A stretch of 64,000 bases of DNA from Escherichia coli (GCF_003334815.1 NZ_QOWO01000014.1); one strand, 5' to 3'. Numbered from the stretch's first letter, positions 22,594-35,234 are shown. Notes: generated by a model not told the origin, from the sequence alone. Numbers and translations are program-made.

Positions 22594-23385
22594 TTAGAGA
22601 TCAATTTCCTGCCGTTTTACCTGTTGCCAGACTTCTTCCATTGTTTCGAGGTCAACACCTGTCATTTCCAGTCCACGCGCGGCAACAATACGCTCCACTT
22701 CGCGAAAACGACGCTCGAATTTTTCGTTCGCTTTTTGCAATGCGATTTCTGCTTTCGTCCCTAAATGGCGAGCCAGATTAACCGTGGCAAACAGCAGGTC
22801 CCCCATTTCCTCCTCCAGTTTAGCCTGGTCGACAACAGCCTGCCGCGCTTCGTACATCACCTCGTCGATCTCTTCGTAGACTTTATCGACTACCGGACCA
22901 AGCGTCGTCCAATCGAAGCCAACGTTGGCGCAACGTTTCTGGATTTTTTGCGCACGCATTAAAGCCGGTAAACTACGAGGAATATCGTCCAGCGCCGAAT
23001 GCTGCGCTTTCTGCGCGCGCTCTTCGGTTTTGATTTGCTCCCAACGGGCAAGCACTTCACTACTGTTTTCGGCAGAACTATCAGCAAAAACATGCGGATG
23101 GCGACGCTCTAATTTATCGCTAATAGCAGCGCAAATATCATTAAAGTCAAAGCGCCCTTCTTCCTGAGCCATTTGCGCGTAAAACACCACCTGGAATAGC
23201 AGATCGCCCAGTTCACCGCGAAGATCGTCAAAATCTTCACGGGCGATGGCGTCCAGCACTTCGTAGGTTTCTTCAAGGGTGTAAGGCGCAATGGTGGCAA
23301 ATGTCTGCTCTTTATCCCACGGGCAGCCGTTTTCCGGATCGCGCAGGCGCTGCATAATAGTGAGCAAACGGTCGATTTGATTCAT
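22594..23385 (-). CDS. mazG: Nucleoside triphosphate pyrophosphohydrolase MazG, 263 aa
   Basis: Two MazG-type EExGDLLF motifs (GELGDLLFQ, EEMGDLLFA). Confidence 0.95.
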   Translation of the reverse strand: MNQIDRLLTIMQRLRDPENGCPWDKEQTFATIAPYTLEETYEVLDAIAREDFDDLRGELGDLLFQVVFYAQMAQEEGRFDFNDICAAISDKLERRHPHVFADSSAENSSEVLARWEQIKTEERAQKAQHSALDDIPRSLPALMRAQKIQKRCANVGFDWTTLGPVVDKVYEEIDEVMYEARQAVVDQAKLEEEMGDLLFATVNLARHLGTKAEIALQKANEKFERRFREVERIVAARGLEMTGVDLETMEEVWQQVKRQEIDL

Positions 23386-23455
23386 TGAATTGTCCTGAAA
23401 ATTGCGGGTCTGTCAGGTGGAAACCTGTGACCAGAATAGAAGTGAGTTAGTAACA

Positions 23456-23791
23456 CTACCCAATCAGTACGTTAATTTTGGCTTTAATGAGTTGTAATTC
23501 CTCTGGGGCAACTGTTCCTTTCTTCGTTGCTCCTCTTGCCCGCCAGGCGATACTTTTTACCTGATCAGCTAACGCTACGCCATCACGTTCCTGACCGGAT
23601 AAAACAACTTCGAACGGATATCCTTTTGATTGCGTTGTACAAGGAACACACAGACACATACCTGTTTTGTTGTTGTACATGAAAGGACTCAGGACAACAG
23701 CTGGACGATGTCCAGCTTGCTCGCTACCTTTTGTCGGGTCAAAATCAACCCAAATCAGATCGCCCATATCGGGTACGTATCGGCTTACCAT
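23456..23791 (-). CDS. mazF: Toxin MazF, mRNA interferase endoribonuclease, 111 aa
   Basis: Full-length [38 protein letters not shown]...; start overlaps mazE stop by 1 nt. Confidence 0.97.
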   Translation of the reverse strand: MVSRYVPDMGDLIWVDFDPTKGSEQAGHRPAVVLSPFMYNNKTGMCLCVPCTTQSKGYPFEVVLSGQERDGVALADQVKSIAWRARGATKKGTVAPEELQLIKAKINVLIG

Positions 23792-24039
23792 TACCAGACT
23801 TCCTTATCTTTCGGCTCTCCCCAGTCGATATTCTCGTGGAGGTTTTCCGGCGTGATGTCGTTGACCAGTTCAGCAAGCGTAAATACGGGCTCTTTACGCA
23901 CTGGCTCAATAATTAATTTGCCATCCACCAGGTCAATCTTCACTTCATCATCAATATTCAGATTGAGCGCCTGCATTAACGTAGCCGGGATCCGCACCGC
24001 CGGTGAATTTCCCCAACGCTTTACGCTACTGTGGATCAT
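23791..24039 (-). CDS. mazE: Antitoxin MazE, 82 aa
   Basis: Full-length [30 protein letters not shown]... Confidence 0.97.
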
Positions 24040-24116
24040 AACCCTTTCCTCAAACCGCTATCATATGTAGATACAGTATATATCAATCTACATTGTAGAT
24101 ACGAGCAAATTTCGGC
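24040..24116 (-). promoter_or_regulatory. mazEF promoter/operator region with palindromic repeats
   Basis: ATGTAGATACAGTATATATCAATCTACATTGTAGATAC between relA stop and mazE start; matches the described mazEF operator architecture. Confidence 0.5.
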
Positions 24117-26351
24117 CTAACTCCCGTGCAACCGACGCGCGTCGATAACATCCGGCACCTGGTTGAGTTTACCCAGCACGCGCCCCAGCACTTGCAGGTT
24201 GTAAATCTCAATGGTCATGTCGATGGTCGCCAGTTGCTGTTTGGTGTCGCTACGGCTGGCAACGCCAAGCACGTTCACCTTCTCGTTGGCGAGAATGGTC
24301 GTGATATCACGTAACAACCCACTACGATCATTAGCTACCACGCGGACCACCAGCGAATATCCGGCGGAGTAGCTCTCACCCCATACCGCGTCAACAATGC
24401 GTTCTGGCGCATGGGAGCGCAGTTCCGCCAGTTGTTCGCAATCGGCGCGGTGTACTGAAATACCGCGCCCCTGGGTAATGAAGCCGACAATCTCATCTCC
24501 AGGAATCGGCTGGCAGCAGCGCGCGATGTGGTGCATCAGGTTGCCAACACCTTCGACTACCACGCGACCGTTATCTTTACTGCGGTTTTGCGGCGTGTAG
24601 CTTTTTTGCTGAAGTTGCTTCAGCGCGGCGGCGTCCTGCTCTTCGGCACTCGGCTTATTAAATTGCGATTGCAGGAAGTTCACCATCTGATTGAGACGGA
24701 TATCCCCGCCACCAATCGCCGCCAGCAACTCGTCGACATCATTGAAGTTGTAACGCGGCAGCAGATGTTTTTCTGCTTCTTTCAGGCTGATCCCCAGATG
24801 TTCCAGCTCGTCGTCAAGGATTTGCCGCCCAGCCAGAATGTTTTTGTCACGGTCCTGTTTACGGAACCAGGCGTGAATTTTCGAACGCCCACGGCTGGTT
24901 GTGACGTAACCGAGGTTTGGGTTTAACCAGTCACGGCTGGGGTTCGGCTGTTTCTGGGTGATAATTTCAATCTGGTCGCCCATCTGCAGCTGGTAGGTGA
25001 ACGGCACAATGCGCCCGCCAATTTTTGCCCCGATGCAGCGGTGTCCGACATCACTGTGGATGTGGTAAGCGAAGTCCAGCGGCGTTGATCCCGCAGGCAA
25101 ATCAACGACATCACCTTTCGGCGTAAAGACGTACACCCGGTCGTCAAAGACCTGACTACGTACTTCGTCGAGCATTTCGCCGGAATCAGCCATCTCTTCC
25201 TGCCACGCAATCAGTTTACGCAGCCAGGCAATCCGGTCTTCATGTCCCGAACGTGCGCCGCCAGCAGCCGCGCCCTCTTTATATTTCCAGTGCGCAGCAA
25301 CACCCAACTCTGCATCTTCATGCATCTGTTTGGTGCGGATTTGGATCTCAACGGTTTTTCCACCCGGCCCCAGAACCACGGTATGAATAGACTGATAACC
25401 GTTTGGTTTCGGGTTAGCGACGTAATCGTCAAACTCATCCGGCAGGTGGCGATAGTGAGTGTGCACTATCCCCAGTGCGGCATAGCAATCCTGTAAACGC
25501 TCGGCGACAATACGTACCGCACGCACATCAAACAGCTCATCAAAGGCGAGGTTCTTTTTCTGCATTTTACGCCAGATGCTGTAGATGTGTTTCGGACGAC
25601 CATACACTTCCGCTTTAACGCCTTCAGCTTTCATCTCAGCGCGCAGATGACCAACGAACTCTTCGATGTAGTGTTCGCGGTCGAGACGCCGTTCATGCAG
25701 CAGTTTGGCAATTCGTTTGTATTCGGTTGGATGGAGGTAACGGAAGCAGTAATCTTCCAGTTCCCATTTCAGTTGTCCGATTCCGAGACGGTTAGCCAGC
25801 GGTGCGTAGATGTTGGTACACTCTTTTGCCGCCAGTACACGTTCATCTTCCGGCGCATCTTTTACTTCGCGCAGATGAGCAATACGCTCCGCCAGTTTGA
25901 TGACTACGCAGCGAAAATCATCGACCATCGCCAATAACATCCGGCGAACGTTATCGACCTGTTCGGAGGAAACAGAATCAGTGTGCGTCGCTTTCAGCTG
26001 GCGGATCGCCGCCGTATCACGCACGCCGTGAATAAGGTTAACGACCGACTTACCGACGCTCTCACGCAGCACATCTTCGCTGACTACGTTGGCATCCGCC
26101 AGAGGGAAAAGCAGCGCCGCCCGCAGCGTGTCAATGTCCATACTTAATGTCGAGAGGATCTCCACCATCTCAACACCACGCCACAATAACAGACTGGCAT
26201 CCGGATGCCCCTGCGTCTGTTGCAGACAATACGCCCAGGTTTCGGCTAAGCACTCACACGACTTCTGGCTGGTAATACCCAGACTTGCGATCCATTTTTC
26301 CGGATCAAATTCACCAGCCTTATTGATATGTGCACTTCTTACCGCAACCAT
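24117..26351 (-). CDS. relA: GTP pyrophosphokinase, (p)ppGpp synthetase I, 744 aa
   Basis: Full-length ORF MVAVRSAHINKAGEFDPEKWIASLG... Confidence 0.98.
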   Translation of the reverse strand: MVAVRSAHINKAGEFDPEKWIASLGITSQKSCECLAETWAYCLQQTQGHPDASLLLWRGVEMVEILSTLSMDIDTLRAALLFPLADANVVSEDVLRESVGKSVVNLIHGVRDTAAIRQLKATHTDSVSSEQVDNVRRMLLAMVDDFRCVVIKLAERIAHLREVKDAPEDERVLAAKECTNIYAPLANRLGIGQLKWELEDYCFRYLHPTEYKRIAKLLHERRLDREHYIEEFVGHLRAEMKAEGVKAEVYGRPKHIYSIWRKMQKKNLAFDELFDVRAVRIVAERLQDCYAALGIVHTHYRHLPDEFDDYVANPKPNGYQSIHTVVLGPGGKTVEIQIRTKQMHEDAELGVAAHWKYKEGAAAGGARSGHEDRIAWLRKLIAWQEEMADSGEMLDEVRSQVFDDRVYVFTPKGDVVDLPAGSTPLDFAYHIHSDVGHRCIGAKIGGRIVPFTYQLQMGDQIEIITQKQPNPSRDWLNPNLGYVTTSRGRSKIHAWFRKQDRDKNILAGRQILDDELEHLGISLKEAEKHLLPRYNFNDVDELLAAIGGGDIRLNQMVNFLQSQFNKPSAEEQDAAALKQLQQKSYTPQNRSKDNGRVVVEGVGNLMHHIARCCQPIPGDEIVGFITQGRGISVHRADCEQLAELRSHAPERIVDAVWGESYSAGYSLVVRVVANDRSGLLRDITTILANEKVNVLGVASRSDTKQQLATIDMTIEIYNLQVLGRVLGKLNQVPDVIDARRLHGS

Positions 26352-26398
26352 CGTCCTCTCCTTTAGGGACCAGACCTGCCGAAATCGGCAAATCGCAA

Positions 26399-27700
26399 CT
26401 ATTTAACGCGCGAGAAAAGTACCATCGATTCCAGATGTCCCGTGTGTGGGAACATATCCAGCATCGCCAGTCGCGCAATGGTATATCCTGCTTTTAATAA
26501 CGCTTCGCTATCCCGAGCCAGCGTTGCAGGGTTACAGGATACATAAACTATACGAATAGGTTCCAGTTTTATAATTTGCTGCATAACACCTGCGGCACCT
26601 GCTCGCGCCGGGTCCAGCAACACTTTATCGAAGCCGTTTTTCGCCCACGGCTGCTTTGTGACATCTTCTTCAAGATTTTCGTGATAAAACGTCACATTCT
26701 GTAAGCCATTAAGACGCGCATTCTGCTGGCCTTTTTCCACCAGCGCCGGAACACCTTCTACACCGACCACACTGGCAGCTTGTGTCGCCAATGGCAGTGT
26801 AAAGTTGCCCATACCGCAGAACAGATCCAGTACGCGATCTTCAGGTTGCACATCCAGCCATTCCAACGCACGCGCTACCATTTTTTGGTTCACACCCGCA
26901 TTGACCTGAATAAAATCGCGCGGGCTAAAAGTTAAGCGCAACCCGTTTGAGTCATACCAGGGCATCTCACCAGAGACGGTTTCGAGTATCTCACTATCGG
27001 GGGCGAGATACAGATCCAGGCCTTCAGAATGCGAAAAGCGTTCCAGTTTTTCGCGATCTGCCGAACTTAGCGGTGCGGTATGGCGCAAAATCATCAGCGT
27101 GCCGCTGGTTGCCTGTACCAGTTCAACATGACCAAGATGGCGCATAGCTTGTAAGCTGCCCAGACATGCCCTGACTTTGGGCAGCAATGCTTCAAGTTGG
27201 GGCGCTAAAATGGGGCATTGTTTGACGTCGACAATGTCACTGGAGCCCGCTTTGCGAAACCCCATCTGAAGTTGCTGTGTTTTCGGTAAGTAGTTCAGAC
27301 TTAAACGCGCGCGACGGCGATAGCCCCAGGGAACATCGGCGATCACTTCAGAGACATCGTGTTTCATTAATCGGGCGAGTGCCGCACTTTTGCTTCGCTG
27401 CTGTAAATCCACGCTGGCGTGTTGTTGCTGACAGCCACCGCATACGCCAAAATGAGGACAGCGTGGCGTTTCGCGTTCCGGGCTATCGCTTAACCGGCGT
27501 ACGACTTTAGCGCGGGCATACTGTTTTTTATCTTCAGTAACAGTAACTTCCGCGTTTTCCTGCGGCAATAATCCGGGGATAAATAGCGTTTTGCCGTTAT
27601 GTCGCGCCACGCCCTGACCAAAAGAGTCGAGGTCGTTGACTGAAACGGTTATGATCTGACGCGTCGTCGTGCGTCGTTTTGCAGAGTAGAATTGCGCCAT
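26399..27700 (-). CDS. rlmD: 23S rRNA (uracil1939-C5)-methyltransferase, 433 aa
   Basis: Fe-S Cys motif [14 protein letters not shown]; SAM-binding DLFCGMGNF. Confidence 0.95.
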
Positions 27701-27756
27701 TGGCGAGACTTTCTCAATTTAACAGTGTGACCTTAATTGTCCCATAACGGAACTCC

Positions 27757-30513
27757 ATGACCAACTACAGCCTGCGCGCACGCATGATGATTCTGATCCT
27801 GGCACCGACCGTCCTTATTGGTTTATTGCTGAGTATCTTTTTCGTCGTGCATCGCTATAACGACTTGCAGCGTCAACTGGAAGATGCCGGTGCCAGCATT
27901 ATTGAGCCGCTTGCAGTTTCTACTGAATATGGCATGAGCCTGCAAAATCGCGAATCTATCGGTCAGTTAATAAGCGTACTGCATCGTCGCCATTCCGATA
28001 TTGTTCGCGCGATTTCGGTTTATGATGAAAATAACCGACTCTTTGTCACCTCCAATTTTCATCTTGATCCCTCATCAATGCAGCTCGGCAGCAACGTGCC
28101 GTTTCCTCGCCAGCTCACTGTCACTCGTGACGGCGATATTATGATCCTCCGCACGCCGATTATTTCTGAGAGTTACTCCCCCGACGAATCGCCCAGTAGC
28201 GATGCCAAAAATAGTCAAAATATGTTGGGATATATTGCGCTGGAGCTGGATCTTAAATCGGTTCGCTTGCAGCAATATAAAGAGATCTTTATTTCCAGCG
28301 TGATGATGCTGTTTTGTATCGGTATTGCGCTTATTTTTGGCTGGCGCTTAATGCGCGATGTAACCGGTCCGATTCGCAACATGGTGAATACCGTCGACCG
28401 CATCCGTCGCGGGCAACTCGACAGCCGGGTGGAAGGATTTATGCTCGGCGAGCTGGATATGCTGAAAAACGGTATCAACTCGATGGCAATGTCGCTGGCT
28501 GCTTATCACGAAGAGATGCAGCACAATATCGACCAGGCGACGTCCGATCTGCGTGAAACGCTGGAGCAGATGGAAATTCAGAACGTTGAGTTAGATCTGG
28601 CGAAAAAGCGCGCCCAGGAAGCGGCGCGTATTAAATCCGAGTTTCTGGCAAATATGTCACACGAGCTGCGTACACCACTGAATGGTGTTATTGGCTTTAC
28701 CCGCCTGACGCTGAAAACAGAATTAACACCAACGCAGCGCGATCACCTGAATACGATTGAACGTTCGGCAAATAATTTGCTGGCAATTATTAATGATGTT
28801 CTCGACTTCTCGAAACTGGAAGCAGGTAAGCTGATTCTGGAAAGTATTCCATTCCCACTACGCAGCACGCTGGATGAAGTCGTTACTCTGCTGGCACATT
28901 CTTCTCACGATAAAGGGTTAGAACTGACGCTCAATATTAAAAGCGACGTGCCTGATAACGTGATCGGCGACCCGCTGCGATTACAGCAAATCATCACTAA
29001 CCTGGTGGGGAATGCAATTAAATTCACCGAGAATGGCAACATTGATATTCTGGTAGAAAAACGTGCGCTGAGTAATACCAAAGTGCAGATTGAAGTGCAG
29101 ATTCGGGATACCGGCATTGGTATTCCTGAACGCGATCAATCGCGCTTATTCCAGGCCTTCCGACAGGCTGATGCCAGTATTTCCCGCCGTCATGGTGGCA
29201 CCGGGCTGGGGCTGGTGATTACACAAAAACTGGTTAATGAAATGGGCGGCGATATTTCGTTCCATAGCCAGCCGAATCGCGGTTCAACTTTCTGGTTCCA
29301 CATTAATCTCGATCTGAACCCGAACATTATTATCGAAGGGCCATCCACCCAGTGCCTCGCAGGTAAGCGCCTGGCCTATGTCGAACCAAACTCCGCAGCA
29401 GCGCAATGCACGCTGGATATTTTAAGTGAAACGCCGCTGGAAGTGGTTTATAGCCCAACGTTCTCCGCGCTGCCTCCCGCGCATTACGACATGATGTTGT
29501 TAGGCATCGCGGTGACCTTCCGCGAGCCGCTAACAATGCAACATGAGCGATTAGCGAAAGCGGTATCGATGACCGATTTCCTGATGCTGGCACTTCCTTG
29601 CCATGCACAAGTCAATGCTGAAAAACTCAAGCAAGATGGTATCGGCGCGTGTCTGCTGAAACCATTAACACCTACACGCCTGTTGCCTGCCCTGACGGAA
29701 TTTTGTCATCACAAACAAAACACGCTTTTGCCTGTAACCGATGAAAGTAAGCTGGCAATGACAGTCATGGCGGTTGATGACAACCCCGCTAACCTGAAAC
29801 TTATCGGCGCATTGCTGGAAGATATGGTGCAACATGTGGAACTTTGCGATAGCGGGCATCAGGCGGTTGAACGGGCGAAACAGATGCCGTTCGATTTGAT
29901 CTTAATGGATATTCAAATGCCGGACATGGATGGCATTCGGGCCTGCGAACTCATCCACCAACTCCCGCATCAGCAACAAACGCCGGTTATCGCGGTAACG
30001 GCGCATGCAATGGCCGGGCAAAAAGAGAAGCTGCTTGGCGCAGGGATGAGCGATTATCTGGCGAAACCGATTGAAGAAGAGCGATTGCATAATTTGTTGT
30101 TGCGCTACAAGCCTGGCAGCGGTATTTCCTCTCGCGTCGTGACGCCCGAAGTCAACGAAATTGTGGTGAACCCGAATGCGACCCTCGACTGGCAACTGGC
30201 ACTACGCCAGGCAGCAGGAAAAACCGATTTAGCGCGCGATATGCTGCAAATGTTACTCGATTTCCTGCCTGAAGTTCGCAACAAAGTTGAGGAACAGCTG
30301 GTTGGAGAAAACCCGGAAGGCCTGGTTGATTTGATTCATAAACTGCATGGCAGTTGCGGCTATAGCGGTGTGCCACGTATGAAGAATCTCTGCCAACTGA
30401 TCGAACAACAGCTACGTAGCGGTACTAAAGAAGAAGATTTGGAACCGGAGCTGCTGGAACTGTTGGACGAGATGGATAATGTCGCGCGCGAAGCCAGCAA
30501 AATTCTCGGGTAA
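27757..30513 (+). CDS. barA: Hybrid sensor histidine kinase BarA, 918 aa
   Basis: H-box HELRTPLN, receiver domain ([14 protein letters not shown]), C-terminal HPt ([11 protein letters not shown]), N-terminal TM segments. Confidence 0.97.
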
Positions 30514-30582
30514 TGGATGTCTTGTCGAGTAGCAATCGGCTTTTTATGACGCTGGTTTCAGATTGGTGACAAAGTGCCTGTG

Positions 30583-30625
30583 TTTATGCCGGATGCGGCG
30601 TTAACGCCTTATCCGGCCTACAAAA
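30583..30625. repeat. REP element downstream of barA
   Basis: GCCGGATGCGGCGTTAACGCCTTATCCGGCCTACA palindromic unit. Confidence 0.5.
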
Positions 30626-30707
30626 CCAATTAAATTCAATGAATTAAAAAATGATGTAGACCTGATACATAGCACAACAGGCTATTTTGCGTTTAGCATC
30701 AGTCTCA

Positions 30708-30740
30708 AACCGGCTCCAGATAGAGCCGGTTTTGGTTTTC
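30708..30740 (+). terminator. Intrinsic terminator between barA and gudD
   Basis: CCGGCTC-CAGATAG-AGCCGG followed by TTTTGGTTTT on the plus strand. Confidence 0.55.
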
Positions 30741-30744
30741 TGTC

Positions 30745-32085
30745 TTAACGCACCATGCACGGGCGCTTGTTATCGAACGTCCAGCCAGGAATCAGATACT
30801 GCATTCCCATCGCATCGTCACGCGCGCCAAGCCCGTGTTTCTGATACAGCTCATGGGCTTTCATCACTTGATCCATATCGATTTCTACACCCAGCCCCGG
30901 TTTTTCTGGCACCTGTACCAGCCCGCCTTTGATCTCAAACGGTTCTTTGGTCAGGCGCTGATTGCCTTCCTGCCAAATCCAGTGCGTATCAATAGCAGTA
31001 ATTTTACCCGGTGCAGCGGCGGCAACATGGGTAAACATCGCCAGGGAAATATCGAAGTGGTTGTTAGAGTGTGAACCCCAGGTCAGGCCAAATTCATGGC
31101 ACATTTGCGCCACACGTACCGAACCTTGCATTGTCCAGAAATGCGGATCCGCCAGCGGGATATCAACGGATTGCAGGGAGAGCGTATGGCCCATTTGCCG
31201 CCAGTCGGTGGCGATCATATTGGTTGCAGTCGGTAGACCTGTCGCGCGACGGAACTCTGCCATCACTTCACGCCCGGAGAAACCTTGCTCCGCACCACAC
31301 GGATCTTCTGCATAAGCCAGCGAACCTTTCAGGTATTTACCGATTTTAATCGCTTCGTTCAGCGACCAGGCACCGTTAGGATCGAGCGTAATACGCGCCT
31401 GCGGGAAGCGTTGCGCCAGTGCCACAATAGACTCGGCCTCTTCTTCCCCGGCCAGTACACCGCCCTTCAGTTTGAAATCGTTGAAGCCATATTTTTCATA
31501 TGCCGCTTCCGCCAGGCGCACCACCGCATCCGGCGTCATCGCTTCTTCATGACGCAGGCGATACCAGTCGCATGAGTCATCCGGCTGGCTTTGATACGGC
31601 AGCGGCGTGGCTTTGCGATTACCGACGAAGAACAGATAACCGAGCATTTCGACTTCGCTACGCTGTTGACCATCGCCCAGCAGCGATGCCACGTTTACCC
31701 CCAGATGCTGCCCCAGCAGATCCAGCATTGCCGCTTCTATCCCGGTAACTACATGAATAGTGGTACGTAGGTCAAATGTCTGCAAACCGCGCCCACCAGC
31801 ATCACGATCGGCAAAAGTATTACGCACCAGCGTCAGAACGTTTTTGTATTCACCCAGCGTTTTACCTACCACCAGCGGAATCGCATCTTCCAGCGTTTTA
31901 CGGATTTTCTCGCCGCCGGGAATTTCCCCTACGCCAGTGTGACCAGAATTATCTTTGATAATCACAATATTACGCGTAAAGAACGGTGCGTGTGCACCAC
32001 TCAGATTCATCAGCATACTGTCATGACCCGCCACCGGGATAACCTGCATTTCAGTAACAACAGGCGTCGTAAATTGAGAACTCAT
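30745..32085 (-). CDS. gudD: Glucarate dehydratase (enolase superfamily), 446 aa
   Basis: ORF trimmed to ATG 32085 ([25 protein letters not shown]...). Confidence 0.93.
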   Translation of the reverse strand: MSSQFTTPVVTEMQVIPVAGHDSMLMNLSGAHAPFFTRNIVIIKDNSGHTGVGEIPGGEKIRKTLEDAIPLVVGKTLGEYKNVLTLVRNTFADRDAGGRGLQTFDLRTTIHVVTGIEAAMLDLLGQHLGVNVASLLGDGQQRSEVEMLGYLFFVGNRKATPLPYQSQPDDSCDWYRLRHEEAMTPDAVVRLAEAAYEKYGFNDFKLKGGVLAGEEEAESIVALAQRFPQARITLDPNGAWSLNEAIKIGKYLKGSLAYAEDPCGAEQGFSGREVMAEFRRATGLPTATNMIATDWRQMGHTLSLQSVDIPLADPHFWTMQGSVRVAQMCHEFGLTWGSHSNNHFDISLAMFTHVAAAAPGKITAIDTHWIWQEGNQRLTKEPFEIKGGLVQVPEKPGLGVEIDMDQVMKAHELYQKHGLGARDDAMGMQYLIPGWTFDNKRPCMVR

Positions 32086-32105
32086 ATTTATGTCCTTTTT
32101 CAGAA

Positions 32106-33446
32106 TCAATGACGGCCGAAAACGGGACGTTTACGGTCAAAGGTCCAGCCGGGGATCAGGTACTGCATCGGACCTGCGTCGTTACGCGCACCGCCAGGCA
32201 GACGTTTATAGGCCTCATGTGCCTTTTGTACCTGTTCCCAGTCCAGTTCCACGCCCAGACCGGGCGCATCAGGAACGGCAATTTTTCCGTTTTTAATCTC
32301 CAGCGGATTTTGGGTCAGGCGACAATCGCCCTCCTGCCAAATCCAGTGGGTATCGATAGCGGTAGGATTACCCGGTGCCGCCGCGCCCACATGGGTAAAC
32401 ATCGCCAGAGAGATATCGAAATGGTTATTAGAATGGCAGCCCCAGGTCAGCCCCCAGTCGTCGCAAAGCTGCGCCACACGGACTGCACCGGAAAGCGTCC
32501 AGAAGTGCGGATCGGCAAGTGGAATATCTACCGCATTGAGCATCACCGCATGACCCATTTCGCGCCAGTTGGTGGCGATCATGTTAGTCGCGACGGGCAA
32601 GCCGGTCGCCCGTCGAAATTCCGCCATCACTTCACGTCCGGAGAAGCCCTGTTCTGCGCCGCATGGATCTTCGGCATAGGTAAGAACATCATTCAGCCCT
32701 TTGCATAAAGAAATGGCTTCATCAAGCAGCCATGCACCGTTGGGATCAACGGTAATCCGCGCATCCGGGAAGCGTTTCTTCAATGCACGAACAGTGTCGA
32801 TTTCTTGCTCGCCAGGTAACACGCCGCCCTTAAGTTTGAAATCTTTAAAGCCGTAGCGATCCTGTGAGGCTTCCGCCAGACGCACAACGGCTTCGCTGTT
32901 CATTGCTTTCTGATGCCGCAACTGATACCACTCATGGTTGCCCGGCGTATTTTCCACATAAGGAAGATCGGTTTTGGTCCGATCACCGATATAAAACAGA
33001 TAACCGAGGACGGTAATAGCCTCGCGTTGCTTGCCTGGCCCTAACAGTTCGCAGACCGGAACATTCAGCGCCTTACCTAGCAGGTCAAGCAAAGCGGCTT
33101 CCAGCGCCGCCACGGCGTTAACGCGTAATTCAAAGGTCCAGGCACCTTTACCGAAGGTATCAAAATCGGCGGCCTGATTACCTTTATGCACCTGCTGGAC
33201 CACTTTATTCAGTCGCGCAACTTCCTGGCCCAGAACCATCGGAATAGCATCGACAAGCGTCTGATAAATCACATCTCCGCCCGGCGCTTCACCAATGCCG
33301 GTATGCCCGGCGTTATCGGTGAGTACCACAATATTGCGGGTGAAATATGCGTTATGTGCCCCACCAATATTAAGCAACATGCTGTCATGCCCGGCCACCG
33401 GAATGACTTTCATATCAGTAATAACAGGACTGGATTGTGTCGCCAT
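32106..33446 (-). CDS. gudX: Glucarate dehydratase-related protein (paralog of GudD), 446 aa
   Basis: ORF trimmed to ATG 33446 ([24 protein letters not shown]...); strongly similar to the adjacent gudD product. Confidence 0.93.
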   Translation of the reverse strand: MATQSSPVITDMKVIPVAGHDSMLLNIGGAHNAYFTRNIVVLTDNAGHTGIGEAPGGDVIYQTLVDAIPMVLGQEVARLNKVVQQVHKGNQAADFDTFGKGAWTFELRVNAVAALEAALLDLLGKALNVPVCELLGPGKQREAITVLGYLFYIGDRTKTDLPYVENTPGNHEWYQLRHQKAMNSEAVVRLAEASQDRYGFKDFKLKGGVLPGEQEIDTVRALKKRFPDARITVDPNGAWLLDEAISLCKGLNDVLTYAEDPCGAEQGFSGREVMAEFRRATGLPVATNMIATNWREMGHAVMLNAVDIPLADPHFWTLSGAVRVAQLCDDWGLTWGCHSNNHFDISLAMFTHVGAAAPGNPTAIDTHWIWQEGDCRLTQNPLEIKNGKIAVPDAPGLGVELDWEQVQKAHEAYKRLPGGARNDAGPMQYLIPGWTFDRKRPVFGRH

Positions 33447-33447
33447 C

Positions 33448-34800
33448 TTATTGCCCCGCAACAGGTTTCAACTCGATACGCTTGATATCGCCCACCAGCA
33501 CCAGGTAGCTCAGTACCGCGATTAAGGCATGAACACCAACATAAATCAGCGCCCCATTAAACGAGCCAGTCGTGCCAACGATATAACCAATTGCGATTGG
33601 CGTGACGATGCCAGAAATGTTACCGAACATGTTGAACAGGCCACCGGAAAGACCGCTGATCTCTTTTGGCGCGGTATCTGCCATTACTGCCCAACCCAGC
33701 GCCCCGATGCCCTTACCGAAGAAGGCCAGCGCCATAAAGCCGATGATCATCCACTCAACGTTGACGTAGTTGCAGAACACCATCACCATCGACAGCAACA
33801 TGCCCATTACGATCGGTGTTTTACGCGCAATGTTCAGCGATCCCGTGCGGCGCATCAGCCAGTCGGAAATAATCCCACCCAGCACACCGCCGATAAAACC
33901 GCAAACCGCCGGAACGGAAGCCACAAAGCCCGCTTTCAGAATCGACATCCCGCGTGCCTGCACCAGATAAACCGGGAACCAGGTAATAAAGAAGTAAGTC
34001 AGGGCGTTGATACAGTACTGACCGATATAAACGCCGATCATCATCCGTGACCCTAGCAGCTGTTTGATCTGCCCCCACTTCACGCTGAACGGCACTTTAA
34101 CTTTGGTGTTTTGCTGATCCATATTGATCAGCGCACCACCCGCGGCGATGTACTCCAGCTCTTTCTTATTTACCCCCGGATGTTGATTTGGCTCGTGGAT
34201 GACTTTCAACCAGATAAAGCTGATGACAATCCCCAGACCGCCCATAAAGAAGAAGACGTGTGACCAGCCCACTTCATGCGTCAGCCAGCCCATAATCGGC
34301 GCGAAGATCACCGTTGCGAAGTATTGAGCGGAGTTAAAAATCGACACCGCCGTTCCCCTTTCCTGCGCCGGAAACCAGGCCGCAACAATGCGACTGTTGC
34401 CGGGGAAAGATGGCGCTTCAGCAAGCCCGACCAGGAAGCGCAGCGTAAACAGGGCAACGATAATGCCGAATCCACTAAAGATATCGACGAAGCCTTGCAG
34501 CAAGGTAAACATCGACCAGATAAAGATCGACCAGAAGTAGACGCGTTTTGAACCAAAACGGTCCAGCAACCAGCCACCAGGGATCTGCCCGATAACATAA
34601 GCCCATGAGAAAGCAGAGAACACATAGCCCATTCCCACGGGATCAAGGCCGATATCTTTGGCCATTTCCGAACCGGCGATAGAGAGCGTAGCGCGGTCGC
34701 CGTAGTTGAAGGATGTGACGATAAACAACATCACCACTATCCAGTAACGAGCATTTGTGCGTTTTTCCACACTGCTCGCAGCCTGACTTAAAGAACTCAT
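33448..34800 (-). CDS. gudP: MFS glucarate/galactarate transporter, 450 aa
   Basis: Full-length ORF with about 12 hydrophobic segments. Confidence 0.93.
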   Translation of the reverse strand: MSSLSQAASSVEKRTNARYWIVVMLFIVTSFNYGDRATLSIAGSEMAKDIGLDPVGMGYVFSAFSWAYVIGQIPGGWLLDRFGSKRVYFWSIFIWSMFTLLQGFVDIFSGFGIIVALFTLRFLVGLAEAPSFPGNSRIVAAWFPAQERGTAVSIFNSAQYFATVIFAPIMGWLTHEVGWSHVFFFMGGLGIVISFIWLKVIHEPNQHPGVNKKELEYIAAGGALINMDQQNTKVKVPFSVKWGQIKQLLGSRMMIGVYIGQYCINALTYFFITWFPVYLVQARGMSILKAGFVASVPAVCGFIGGVLGGIISDWLMRRTGSLNIARKTPIVMGMLLSMVMVFCNYVNVEWMIIGFMALAFFGKGIGALGWAVMADTAPKEISGLSGGLFNMFGNISGIVTPIAIGYIVGTTGSFNGALIYVGVHALIAVLSYLVLVGDIKRIELKPVAGQ

Positions 34801-35234
34801 TGTTGCACTCCTGAAAATTCGCGTTAGCCACGCTCACTCTGGACTGCGACATCGCCAGGAAATCAGAGGTGACGTAGGGTGTTTTTTGCCGTTTTTATAG
34901 GTCGTTCGCCGAATACGGCGCGTGTTTATATCTGGCAATAGCAGTATAAAAAGCGCGCCATAGCGGCTCACCGTGCAACAACACAACATTAATGCGTTCA
35001 ATGAGGCCCGATTTTGGCATTAGCCCTGGACGGTGGAATCCACTTCACGGAAATGAAAACAAGAACAAGAAAGGAAGGGTTAAAACGAAGAAATAAAGAA
35101 GAGTATGAAATGGATCGCTTGACTCCAGGCAAACGCCAGTAAAAATCCGCGCTATGAAGCAGTTTTTACTGGCATTTGCCTGAAAAGATTCGATTCAGCA
35201 CCGCTAAAACGACATTTACCGCTCGCTGAACATA

